Assembly: GCA_026016245.1 (NCBI GenBank)
Contig: CP061211.1
Location: 678,725-710,724 of the forward strand
Direction of reading: 5' to 3'
Source of the DNA: Candidatus Pacearchaeota archaeon
Lineage (GTDB): Archaea; Nanobdellota; Nanobdellia; Pacearchaeales; UBA284
Length of the DNA stretch: 32,000 nt
In this document: positions 8,318 through 16,887 of the stretch, piece after piece
Layout: every line of letters starts with the position of its first letter
Position numbering within the stretch: the stretch's first letter is position 1
Position numbers and translations under genes: made by a program
Notes under the pieces: generated by a model
What the model was told of the DNA's origin: nothing
What the model saw: only the letters and a program-made list of their open reading frames with translations
Database searches by the model: none

Positions 8318-9301
8318 TTATATTCTTAATTTTTCTACTTTTTCTTTATTAATTGGAAAAATTTCTATTGATTTATTAAGTTTTCTCTTTCCATACCTCA
8401 CAATGCATTTTTTCTCATGTTTTGCATCTGAATGTGGTGCTGTAAGGGCTGCAGCTAATTGTATACTTCTTTTATTTACTTTTCCTTCTAGTAATGTTAT
8501 AGGACTTGGCCAATCTTTTACTTCAAATATCAGGTTTTTTGCTAGCTTCATTAGTTTTTTATTCTCTTGTTCATTTCTTCCAATGATTATTTTATTTTTC
8601 TTATAACGAAAATGTCTTCCTATCTTTAGTAATTCAATATCTCTTGGCTCAATTTTCTTTTTATGCTTGAATAGATCTATAAGTTTAGATGCAAAAACCT
8701 TCTCACATAACAGACAGCCTCCTGCTGGTGTTGGATATGAAATTTTGTATTTTTTTGCAAGAACTATCTGTTGTATTCTTCTTCTACCTTCTATGGCTAA
8801 TAATTTATTTCTATCAACAAATTTTTTCTTTTCAGCTTCTGTTTTAGGTAATAATTTTGCTGAAAGCGGCCTGAGAATTTTTCCTTTCAAGCCAGCCTCT
8901 TTTTCTATTAACATTAAAGCATGTTTTGTCTGGCTCATTGGCCTTTCATTAAGAACTTCCCCTGTTACTATAAATGCTGCTTTTTCCTTCTTCATGACTT
9001 GTTTTGCTTTTTTAAACATGAAAATTTTACAATCAATACATGGATTAACAGCTGAGCCATAACCATGTCTAGGTCTTTTTATCATTTTAATATATTCTTG
9101 AAAATCCTTCCCTTTATTTAGGTCTACTCTTATTAATTTAGTTTTTAATTGTCTTGTTGCTTCTAATGCTTTTTTTTCAGAAAAGAATGAAGATGAGAAA
9201 TTTATTGTTATAACTTCTATTTTTTGATCTTGCAGAAGTTTTACAGCTAGAATTGAATCCAAACCACCGGATAAGAGAGCAATAGCCTTAGCCTTAATCA
9301 T
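8318..9301 (-). CDS. PP-loop ATPase, tRNA thiolation (MnmA/ThiI)-like
   Basis: [18 protein letters not shown]-loop; [13 protein letters not shown] and GGCLLCEK cysteine motifs; adjacent iscU and nearby iscS. Confidence 0.8.
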   Translation of the reverse strand: MIKAKAIALLSGGLDSILAVKLLQDQKIEVITINFSSSFFSEKKALEATRQLKTKLIRVDLNKGKDFQEYIKMIKRPRHGYGSAVNPCIDCKIFMFKKAKQVMKKEKAAFIVTGEVLNERPMSQTKHALMLIEKEAGLKGKILRPLSAKLLPKTEAEKKKFVDRNKLLAIEGRRRIQQIVLAKKYKISYPTPAGGCLLCEKVFASKLIDLFKHKKKIEPRDIELLKIGRHFRYKKNKIIIGRNEQENKKLMKLAKNLIFEVKDWPSPITLLEGKVNKRSIQLAAALTAPHSDAKHEKKCIVRYGKRKLNKSIEIFPINKEKVEKLRI

Positions 9302-9729
9302 TTTCCCTTTTTCTTACTTTTCTTTTGATAGTTTTTAATTGCAAGATGTAGGGCATCAGCAGCAAGATTCGAACAATGCATCTTTATTGGTGGCAATCCT
9401 TTCAAGGCAGAAGCAATATCATTTCTTGTTATTTTTTTTGCTTGCTCCAGAGTTTTTCCTTTAGCTAGTTCAGTTATCATTGAAGAACTGGCTATTGCAG
9501 CAGCACATCCTAAAGTCTTGAATTTTATTTGTTTGATGTAATCTACCTGCTTATCTTTCACTTTTTTCTTGCTGACTTTGATATAAACCCACATTATATC
9601 CCCACATATAGGATTTCCAATCTTTCCCATACTATCAGGGCTCTTTATCTTACCAACATTTTTTGGGTGCATAAAGTGCTGTATTACTTTTTTGCTATAG
9701 TGGTATGGCATTTTCTTTGTTTGGATCAT
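9298..9729 (-). CDS. iscU: IscU-like iron-sulfur cluster assembly scaffold
   Basis: GNPICGDIMWVYIKV, LGCAAAIASSSMITELAKGKT and MHCSNLAADAL carry the three cluster-ligand Cys. An alternative start is at 9708. Confidence 0.9.
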   Translation of the reverse strand: MIQTKKMPYHYSKKVIQHFMHPKNVGKIKSPDSMGKIGNPICGDIMWVYIKVSKKKVKDKQVDYIKQIKFKTLGCAAAIASSSMITELAKGKTLEQAKKITRNDIASALKGLPPIKMHCSNLAADALHLAIKNYQKKSKKKGK

Positions 9730-9910
9730 ATCCTAAGCATTTAGTTTTAAATCCATTACATTCTCCACAGAGATAGATATAATTGATTAAGGAACTTCTG
9801 TAATCATCTATTCTTCTTTCTGCTTCTTTAGATTTTTTAAGGAGCATCTTATAATTACAGATCTTTATACCTTCTTCATTCTCATCTTCAACTTCTTCAT
9901 CTAATGGCAT
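9695..9910 (-). CDS. Hypothetical small protein with CxxC
   Basis: 71 aa between HAD and iscU in the array; ...YLCGECNGFKTKCLGYDP...; overlaps both neighbours slightly. Confidence 0.45.
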   Translation of the reverse strand: MPLDEEVEDENEEGIKICNYKMLLKKSKEAERRIDDYRSSLINYIYLCGECNGFKTKCLGYDPNKENAIPL

Positions 9911-10526
9911 TTTTCAGACAAGTTAGATCTTTTATTATAAATTTTTGTTTTCTTTTTTTGAATATTGCTTTATCCCAAGAGCAAGCTAGAACAATTATAA
10001 TTTTACAACCAACTTTTCTTGCTGTTTTTACATCACTTTTTTTATCAGCAACATAAATAATTTCTTTTTTCTTTACTTTGTATTTTTTGGCAATATATCT
10101 AATGGCTTCTTTTTTTGTTTTAAAATTTTCAGCACAGAAAATTCTGTTGAAGAATTTGTCTAGTTTATTTCTTTTTAAGAATAAAGTGGTATATTTTCTT
10201 GCAGAATTTGTTAGAAGTACAATCTTAACTTTTTCTTTTTTTAATCTTTTAAGGGTTTGTTTGACATAAGGGCATAATTTTAATTTTTTTGTTTCTTTTA
10301 CAATCCATTCATTGATTTCTTTCTTTAATTTATCTACAATTTTTGGATCAAATTTTGCAATATTTTTGAGAGTAAACTCAACTTTTGGTCCTAAGGATTT
10401 AGCAATATGACTTTTTGGAAAAATAAGATAATTCTTAAGTAGAGAACCGTGAATTGTTTCTATGTAAAGTTTTTTTGAATCAACAAGAGTCCCATCAAGA
10501 TCAAAAATAATTAATTTTGTTTTCAT
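9897..10526 (-). CDS. HAD-family hydrolase
   Basis: IIFDLDGTLVDSKK motif I, VLLTNSARK motif II, IIYVADKKSDVKTARKVG motif IV. Confidence 0.85.
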   Translation of the reverse strand: MKTKLIIFDLDGTLVDSKKLYIETIHGSLLKNYLIFPKSHIAKSLGPKVEFTLKNIAKFDPKIVDKLKKEINEWIVKETKKLKLCPYVKQTLKRLKKEKVKIVLLTNSARKYTTLFLKRNKLDKFFNRIFCAENFKTKKEAIRYIAKKYKVKKKEIIYVADKKSDVKTARKVGCKIIIVLACSWDKAIFKKRKQKFIIKDLTCLKNAIR

Positions 10527-10750
10527 TTTTTCTTTTTTAATTTTTTATTTAACTCTTCGATTAATTTTTTTGTGCTGATGCCATGGACTTTTGCTCCTTG
10601 TTCTATTGTTTCTTGCATTGCAAAAGGACATCCAACACACATCATTCCATGTTTAAAGAAAATCTCTGCTGATTCAGGATACTTTTCTAAGACCTTAGCA
10701 AAAGTCATATCTGTTGTTATTCTTTCTTTTTGTTTTATTTGTTTTTTCAT
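10523..10750 (-). CDS. DUF1858 domain protein (hybrid-cluster-associated redox disulfide type)
   Basis: MTFAKVLEKYPESAEIFFKHGMMCVGCPFAMQETIEQGAKVHGI. Confidence 0.85.
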   Translation of the reverse strand: MKKQIKQKERITTDMTFAKVLEKYPESAEIFFKHGMMCVGCPFAMQETIEQGAKVHGISTKKLIEELNKKLKKKK

Positions 10751-10950
10751 CTTTTCTTTTTTAATTTTTTTTGAAAATCTTTTACTTTAGTTTTCTCTAT
10801 TTCAGGAAAAATTCCTCTAGCTCTACAATCAAGACAATAATCTCTAAAAGTCAATTTTAAATCCATTCCTGCAGGAGGCATCTTCACTTTTGTTGAGCCA
10901 CATTTAGGACATATTTTAATAAATTGCTTCTTGCTTTTTTTCTTTACCAT
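10747..10950 (-). CDS. Zinc-ribbon-like small protein
   Basis: 67 aa; KICPKCGSTKV...RDYCLDCRARGIFPEI gives two CxxC knuckles. Confidence 0.65.
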   Translation of the reverse strand: MVKKKSKKQFIKICPKCGSTKVKMPPAGMDLKLTFRDYCLDCRARGIFPEIEKTKVKDFQKKLKKKR

Positions 10951-12098
10951 GGGCTTATTTTTCTTAATGAATTTATAATTTTTTTAAGTTGTTCTAAAAC
11001 ATAATCAATATCTTGTTCTGTGTTATCTTTTCCTAAAGTAATTCTAAGAGAGCCGTGAGATTGTTCTGCTGTTAGACCTATTGCTGTTAATACATGACTT
11101 GGTTTAAGACTTTTTGTTGAACATGCTGAGCCAGTTGATACTGCCATTCCTTTATCATTTAATCTTATCAATAGGGCTTCTCCTTCTATTCCCTTTATAC
11201 TCACATTAATATTATTTGGGAGTCTTTGTGTTCCATGGCCATTTAATTTTGCTCCTTCTATTTTTAGGATTTCTTTAATTATTCTATCTCTTAATCTTAT
11301 TTCTCGTTCTGCTTCTTTTTTCATATTCTTGTCTGCTAGCTCTATAGCTTTTGCAAAACCAACTATTCCAGAAGTATTTTCTGTTCCACTTCTTAAACCA
11401 GATTCATGACCACCTCCATGTGTTATTGGTTCTATTTTGACATCCTGCTTGATGTACAGAAGACCAATACCTTTTGGTCCATATAATTTATGAGATGATG
11501 CACTTAGAAGATCAATATTCATTTTTTTTATGTCTATTGGAATTTTTCCGAATGCTTGAACAGCATCTGTATGAAAATAAATTTTATGTTTTTTGCAAAT
11601 TTTTCCTATCTCTTCTATAGGTTCAATTGTTCCTATCTCATTATTTGCGAACATGATTGAAACAAGAATAGTGTCTTTTGTTATTGCTTTTTCTAATTGT
11701 TCTGTATTTATTAGGCCTGTTTTATCTACATCTAAGTATGTTACTTTGAAACAATGTTTTTCTAACCATTCGCATGGCTTGAGTATTGCTGGATGCTCTA
11801 TTTTACTTGTTATAATATGATTCCCTCTGTTTTTGTTAGCAAAAGCAATTCCTTTTAGTGCCAAATTATCTGATTCTGTTCCGCCGCTTGTGAAAATTAT
11901 CTCTACTGGCTTGGCATTTAGAAATTTAGCTGCTGTTTTTCTTGAATTCTCTACAGCTTGTCTTGCTTCCTGACCAAATGAGTGTAAGGAAGAAGCATTT
12001 CCAAATTTTTCTGAGAAATATGGTTGCATTGCTTTTAGAACTTCGCTATCTACAGGGGTTGTTGCAGCATGATCTAAATATATTTTTATTTTTGACAT
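10944..12098 (-). CDS. iscS: Cysteine desulfurase (IscS/NifS)
   Basis: IYLDHAATTPVD N-terminus, SSHKLYGPKGIGLLY PLP-lysine region, STGSACSTKSLKPSHVL catalytic Cys loop. Confidence 0.95.
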   Translation of the reverse strand: MSKIKIYLDHAATTPVDSEVLKAMQPYFSEKFGNASSLHSFGQEARQAVENSRKTAAKFLNAKPVEIIFTSGGTESDNLALKGIAFANKNRGNHIITSKIEHPAILKPCEWLEKHCFKVTYLDVDKTGLINTEQLEKAITKDTILVSIMFANNEIGTIEPIEEIGKICKKHKIYFHTDAVQAFGKIPIDIKKMNIDLLSASSHKLYGPKGIGLLYIKQDVKIEPITHGGGHESGLRSGTENTSGIVGFAKAIELADKNMKKEAEREIRLRDRIIKEILKIEGAKLNGHGTQRLPNNINVSIKGIEGEALLIRLNDKGMAVSTGSACSTKSLKPSHVLTAIGLTAEQSHGSLRITLGKDNTEQDIDYVLEQLKKIINSLRKISPW

Positions 12099-12418
12099 TT
12101 TTTACACACTATGCAGATATATCTTGTTTTTTTCATCTTATTTATTATCTTTAAAATTTCAGTGTTAGCATCTTTTCCTTTAGATATCTCTTTTGCAGAT
12201 TTTTCTATTTCTTTTTCTATATCTTTTGGAAATTTGAGATGTTTGCCTCTTTTTTTGTGTTTATATTGGCTTACTGCTGCCTTTGTAATATTAAATCTTT
12301 TAGCTATTTCTGAATCTTTCATGCCTTGCTTTTCTAGAATTTCTATAAAATGAATTCTTATCGCTGGAATAATGTAATTCAATTCAATTTTCTGTGTTAA
12401 ACAATTAAATAATTTCAT
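12086..12418 (-). CDS. HTH transcriptional regulator with C-terminal CxxCxxC; first gene of the iscS array
   Basis: 110 aa; KDSEIAKRFNITKAAVSQYKHKKRGKHLKFP HTH; ends YICIVCKKCQK; the N-terminus MKLFNC adds a fourth Cys if the 12418 start is used. Confidence 0.8.
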   Translation of the reverse strand: MKLFNCLTQKIELNYIIPAIRIHFIEILEKQGMKDSEIAKRFNITKAAVSQYKHKKRGKHLKFPKDIEKEIEKSAKEISKGKDANTEILKIINKMKKTRYICIVCKKCQK

Positions 12419-12420
12419 AA

Positions 12421-12445
12421 AAATAGTTAACGTTGATAACTATTT
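12421..12445. promoter_or_regulatory. Inverted repeat AAATAGTTA-ACGTTGA-TAACTATTT, candidate operator of the regulator/isc array
   Basis: Perfect 9-bp arms (12421-12429, 12437-12445), 7-nt spacer, immediately upstream of the ATG at 12418 and overlapping the TATA box TATTTAAATA (12441-12450). Confidence 0.65.
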
Positions 12446-12494
12446 AAATATTGTGGATGGTAAGATTTAAATATTCATTCTCTTATTTTGTTGT

Positions 12495-13058
12495 ATGATA
12501 TGGTGGCTAATAGTTTTAATTATAGTAATTGTATTGATTTTGCTTATTGTTTTTGGCTACTACAACAGATTTACAGTTTTGCAAAATCGCATTAACAATT
12601 CTTTTGCACAGATAGATGTTCAACTCAGGAAGAGATCGGATTTAGTACCTAATTTGGTTCAGGCAGTGAAAGGCTATATGAAACATGAGCAAAAGATAAT
12701 GAAAGAGGTTACTGAAGCAAGAAAAGCTCTGCTTAAAGTTATACCTTCTAAAGATGTGGCAAGTAAAATGAAAGCAGGAGACGCATTGCAAGGAGCTTTG
12801 AAGAGTTTATTTGCTATCGCTGAAAATTATCCTAACTTGAAAGCTAGCGAGAATTTCTTACATTTACAAAGAGAGCTTAGTGCCATAGAGGATAAGGTTG
12901 CTTATGCTAGACAATTTTACAATGATTCTATTTTAGGTTACAATAATCTATGCAAAACTATTCCAGGAAGATGGTTTGCAGCTATGTTTAGCAAAAAAGC
13001 AGGCAAGTACTTGGAAATACCAGCAGCTTCAAGAGCAGTTCCAAAGATAAGTTTCTGA
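12495..13058 (+). CDS. lemA: LemA family protein
   Basis: N-terminal TM, YNRFTVLQNRINNSFAQIDVQLRKRSDLVPNLVQAVKGYMKHEQKI...ARQFYNDSILGYNNL. Confidence 0.93.
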   Translation: MIWWLIVLIIVIVLILLIVFGYYNRFTVLQNRINNSFAQIDVQLRKRSDLVPNLVQAVKGYMKHEQKIMKEVTEARKALLKVIPSKDVASKMKAGDALQGALKSLFAIAENYPNLKASENFLHLQRELSAIEDKVAYARQFYNDSILGYNNLCKTIPGRWFAAMFSKKAGKYLEIPAASRAVPKISF

Positions 13059-13062
13059 TTAA

Positions 13063-13953
13063 ATGAAGAAAATAAGTTTTCATGACCAAATAGCTAGAAA
13101 TAAGAGGAATTCATTTTTCTTGGTTATTATTGTTTTTATTGTCATGATTGTTCTTGGTTATGTTATTAGTATGGCATTTTCTCCAGATTATTTCTTTTTT
13201 ATTATGATTCTTGCCATCATAATCTCCTTAGTTTATGTTCTTATTACATATTATAATTCTGATAAAATTGCTCTTGCTTCTGTGAAAGCTAAAAAAGCTG
13301 ACTCTGTAAGGCATAGATCTTTGTATCATGCAGTAGAGAATATGAGTATTGCTTCAGGAATGCCGATGCCAAAAGTGTATGTTATGCCAGGCTCACAGAT
13401 TAATGCTTTTGCTACTGGTAGAGATCCTAAACATGGGGTGGTTTGTGTTACAGAGGGCGCATTGAATAGATTAAATAAACAAGAATTAGAAGCAGTTGTT
13501 GGACATGAGATGAGCCATATTGCAAATTATGATATAAGATTTATTACAACTATTGCTATTGTAGTCGGCGCTATAGCTATATTTTCTCAATTATTTCTTA
13601 GGAGTTTATGGTTTGGCAGTGGGAGAAGTAGAGGAAGAGGACAGGGAAATATAATTTTCTTTTTAATTGCCATAGCTCTTGCAATTCTTGCTCCAATTAT
13701 TGTTAAACTTGTTCAGCTTGCCATTAGTAGGAAAAGGGAATTTATGGCAGATGCTGGCAGTGTGAAACTTACAAGATATCCTCCGGGAATGGTTAATGCC
13801 CTAAAAAAGATAAAAGCAGATCATGAGCAATTAAAAGTTCCTGATGCTGTTGCTCCAATGTTTTTTTCTGACACAACAAAAAGAAGAATGGCTAATTTAT
13901 TCCAGACACATCCACCAATTGAAAAAAGAATTTCTGTTTTAGAAAGAATGTGA
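13063..13953 (+). CDS. htpX: HtpX-like M48 membrane zinc metalloprotease
   Basis: VVGHEMSHIANYD (HExxH), N-terminal TM helices, KREFMADAGSVKLT glutamate region. Confidence 0.93.
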   Translation: MKKISFHDQIARNKRNSFFLVIIVFIVMIVLGYVISMAFSPDYFFFIMILAIIISLVYVLITYYNSDKIALASVKAKKADSVRHRSLYHAVENMSIASGMPMPKVYVMPGSQINAFATGRDPKHGVVCVTEGALNRLNKQELEAVVGHEMSHIANYDIRFITTIAIVVGAIAIFSQLFLRSLWFGSGRSRGRGQGNIIFFLIAIALAILAPIIVKLVQLAISRKREFMADAGSVKLTRYPPGMVNALKKIKADHEQLKVPDAVAPMFFSDTTKRRMANLFQTHPPIEKRISVLERM

Positions 13954-13966
13954 TTGAAGAATATAA

Positions 13967-14320
13967 TCAAAAGGACTCGTTTTCTTGGTTTTTGATATAT
14001 TTTTCAATATAACGTTTCTCATATCCAGGGAATAAAACATTAATTATTTGTTTTTTTAAACCATTTTTTTCATAGATTCCTTTTCCAATCCCATCATATA
14101 ATTGATCATTTAATGACTGATTTACATTAATGCCCTCTTCATATCGTGGTGTTTTATCATTTAATTTTCTTACTAATTCTAAATTACTCCTATCACTTTT
14201 AAAACCCATATAAATTACCCCACATAACCCAACATACAATATACCCGCTAGGGCTAGGGCAATGCATGTTACTCTATCCATAATTTTTTGTTTATCTTTT
14301 AAACTTTGTTTAGTTTCCAT
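13967..14320 (-). CDS. Hypothetical single-TM protein
   Basis: 117 aa; one hydrophobic helix, charged coiled C-terminus; no recognised family. Confidence 0.5.
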   Translation of the reverse strand: METKQSLKDKQKIMDRVTCIALALAGILYVGLCGVIYMGFKSDRSNLELVRKLNDKTPRYEEGINVNQSLNDQLYDGIGKGIYEKNGLKKQIINVLFPGYEKRYIEKYIKNQENESF

Positions 14321-14375
14321 TTCTATTTTACCTTCAGTTGTTTCTGTATAAAAGGTATATTTAACATATATAAAT

Positions 14376-14402
14376 TAATGTGTGGGATTTTCCACACCAT
14401 TA
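14376..14402. promoter_or_regulatory. Imperfect inverted repeat TAATG-TGTGG/CCACACCATTA, candidate operator
   Basis: 10-bp stem with one bulged C, located between the divergent 14320(-) gene and the TrmB-like gene(+), with TATA-like elements on both sides. Confidence 0.5.
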
Positions 14403-14438
14403 GAAAGATTTAAAAATATATATTTCTCCTTATTCTAT

Positions 14439-15161
14439 ATGGAAATAATAAACAATTTAGAAAAGTTAGGATTGACAAACACAGAGTCAACAATATACCT
14501 CGCATTATTAAAAATAGGGGAATCAACTGCTGTTCAATTAGCTAAGGAAATAAAGATTCATAGAAGAACAATATATGATAATCTTAATATACTTCTAAAA
14601 AAGGGTTTGGTTGGTTATAAAATAAAAAACAATGTAAGATATTTTGAAGCTAATAATCCAATAACATTTCAATCATTTTTAGAAGAGAAAGAAAAAACGC
14701 TAACAAATATTTTGCCAGCACTGCAGTCATATTATAAAAATAAACAAAAATCTCCACAGATAAATGTTTATATTGGAGTTCAAGGAGCAAAATCAATTAT
14801 AGAAGAAGCCATACAAACAAAACAAACACTTTATTGGGTAGGTGGAGGCTTGTATTTTTTTGATGCAATTGGATACTCTAGAAAGTTTATTGAGGAAAAA
14901 TTGTCAAGAACAGATATAAAAATTATACAAACAGCAACTCCCAATATAAAAGAAAAATTAAAAATATTCAAGAAAAATAATATTAAGATTTTGCCTGAGA
15001 AATATTCATCAAAAGTGGGTTATCTGATATATGGTAACACAATTGCTATTGGGTTGTTACAGGAAAAAGAAATGATAATAATAAAAATAATAAGCAAGGA
15101 ATTTTCAAAAGGATATAAAAATTACTTTGACATAATGTGGAACCTTGGAAAAAATATATAA
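14439..15161 (+). CDS. TrmB-family transcriptional regulator
   Basis: Start revised from 14382 to the in-frame ATG 26 nt after a TATA element (tttaaaaatata); LEKLGLTNTESTIYLALLKIGESTAVQLAKEIKIHRRTIYDNLNILLKKGLV. Confidence 0.88.
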   Translation: MEIINNLEKLGLTNTESTIYLALLKIGESTAVQLAKEIKIHRRTIYDNLNILLKKGLVGYKIKNNVRYFEANNPITFQSFLEEKEKTLTNILPALQSYYKNKQKSPQINVYIGVQGAKSIIEEAIQTKQTLYWVGGGLYFFDAIGYSRKFIEEKLSRTDIKIIQTATPNIKEKLKIFKKNNIKILPEKYSSKVGYLIYGNTIAIGLLQEKEMIIIKIISKEFSKGYKNYFDIMWNLGKNI

Positions 15162-15301
15162 AAGAAAACGAATTCTCTAAAAATAAAATTTTTTTTATCA
15201 ATTGAAACTAACAAACTTTTAACGAAATCCCTTTATTTTTGGGCTTAAAGTCTTTATTTTTGAACAACGACTATGAAAATTTAATGATCTTAGAATAATA
15301 A

Positions 15302-16798
15302 TTAACACTGTCCGCCTTGATTAGATGTTCCCCAACCAAATCCTGGATTTGGATTTTCTGTGCTTAGAGTTTCTGAACATTCACTTGGTTTTGTTGAAAA
15401 TGCCTCGCATAATTTTTGTTTAATATCTTCAGGACTTCTTGGCCAAATCTCAACAACTTGACCATCAATAACTGTAGTTGGACTTCCTTTTACATCATAT
15501 TTATCATTAAGAGTTTTATCTTCTTCAAAATAACTTTCTGCTTTTGATTCCATACAAGAGTTAAGTTTTGATTCATCTGTACCTATTTGTGTTAAACAGC
15601 TTTCATAATCACCAGATCCAGCATAACATTTTAAGTAGGGTATTAATTTTGAATATTGTTCTTCTCTTATGCAAATCATTCTATAATTCTCATCTTCTTC
15701 TTTTTGGCCATGCATTGTATAACTTACAAACCTTAATTCTATGTTAGCCTTGTCTTGGAATTTTTCCATAACTGGCAACATACCTTTTAACATCTGTAAG
15801 CCATAAGGACAGTAAGACATTATGAAAACTTGCATTGTTGGTGCTCCTTGAATTTTTGTTGCACTTCCTGTAGTACTTCCTTTTTCAATATATTTTTCGT
15901 GAAGTGTTACTTTAATTGTTATTTTCTGGCCAGCAAATTCAGGATTTGCATCCAAGAAAATGTGAGTATCATTCATATCTGTAACAATGGCTTCTGGAAA
16001 ATTTGGTAATTCCATTTCTTGTCCAATTTCTGGGGTTAGTGTCAGGGTGATTTTATTTTCTGTAAAGTTTATGTAAAGATCTCCGTTTGGTGTAGGGATA
16101 ATTGAATCTACACCAAGAAGTTTTAGCTTGATTTTATCTTCTGTGATTCCTATGACTTCAGCTGGGAAATATCCTAATGAAGCAATTTCATCACCTATTT
16201 TTGTTTCTATTGATAATTTTACTTTTGTGTCAGTGACTTCCAGAACTTTGTATTTCCATTGTGAGAATTGTAATGTATATATTTTGTCCACTTCTGGCTG
16301 TTCCTTAAATATCTCTATGAATTCATCTGTTGTTAGGGTATCTGTTCTATTTATCTCATTTATTCTATCAATTTCTTCTACTCTAACATATTCAAATACA
16401 AGCTCTTTATCATATTCTCCAAAAGCATCACTAGGTTCGAGCGTGATAGTTTTATCTTCACCTTCCTGCATGATTTCAATTTCCTGGTCAAGTTTATCTG
16501 TTTCAAATCCAAGAGATGAGGCAATTGTTCCTGGCATAAAACTTTTTGTGCCAGAATCAAGAATTGTGCCATCTGCGAGCTCAATACTATAGCTTATATT
16601 AGTCATTTCTTGAGTTGGTGTTGTTTTTGTTAAGATTAAAATTAGAACTATTATCAAAATAATTACAACAATAGCAAAAATACCAATACCAATTCTCTTC
16701 CAGTTTGGCTTTATTTTTGTTTTTGGCTTAGGATTAGGATCAGAAGTTGTTTCTTCTTTGTTTATTTCTACATCTCCCTTAGCCTCGTCTGTTTCCAT
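15302..16798 (-). CDS. Membrane-anchored FKBP-type peptidyl-prolyl isomerase fused to a DsbA/GILT-like thioredoxin-fold domain
   Basis: N-terminal TM; SYSIELADGTILDSG...GEDKTITLEPSDAFGEYD and NPEFAGQKITIKVTL (archaeal long FKBP); C-terminal VFIMSYCPYGLQMLKGMLPV...YDVKGSPTTVIDG. Confidence 0.85.
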   Translation of the reverse strand: METDEAKGDVEINKEETTSDPNPKPKTKIKPNWKRIGIGIFAIVVIILIIVLILILTKTTPTQEMTNISYSIELADGTILDSGTKSFMPGTIASSLGFETDKLDQEIEIMQEGEDKTITLEPSDAFGEYDKELVFEYVRVEEIDRINEINRTDTLTTDEFIEIFKEQPEVDKIYTLQFSQWKYKVLEVTDTKVKLSIETKIGDEIASLGYFPAEVIGITEDKIKLKLLGVDSIIPTPNGDLYINFTENKITLTLTPEIGQEMELPNFPEAIVTDMNDTHIFLDANPEFAGQKITIKVTLHEKYIEKGSTTGSATKIQGAPTMQVFIMSYCPYGLQMLKGMLPVMEKFQDKANIELRFVSYTMHGQKEEDENYRMICIREEQYSKLIPYLKCYAGSGDYESCLTQIGTDESKLNSCMESKAESYFEEDKTLNDKYDVKGSPTTVIDGQVVEIWPRSPEDIKQKLCEAFSTKPSECSETLSTENPNPGFGWGTSNQGGQC

Positions 16799-16887
16799 TT
16801 CTGTTTTAGACTTATATTCTTTAAAAATCTTTCGAACTAAAAATTTATAAGTTACTCCTTCTTGATTTTTTTGAAAAAGAGGTTGAG

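Noticed and set aside
7686-9062. Plus-strand ORFs 7686..8024, 8403..8606 and 8667..9062
   Set aside because: Antisense to the APH-like and PP-loop genes, which have clear catalytic motifs; Phe/Ser-rich shadow translations.
11593-12353. Plus-strand ORFs 11593..11820, 11942..12154 and 12111..12353
   Set aside because: Antisense to iscS and the HTH regulator; no supporting motifs or promoter spacing.
15231-15262. Direct repeat CTTTATTTTTG x2 (15231-15241, 15252-15262)
   Set aside because: Low-complexity T-rich sequence between convergent genes, most simply explained as archaeal transcription termination signal.
16128-16592. 154-aa plus-strand ORF MILSSVIPMTSAGKYPNEAIS...
   Set aside because: Fully antisense to the well-supported FKBP-Trx fusion gene; Ser/Ile-rich translation typical of a shadow frame.
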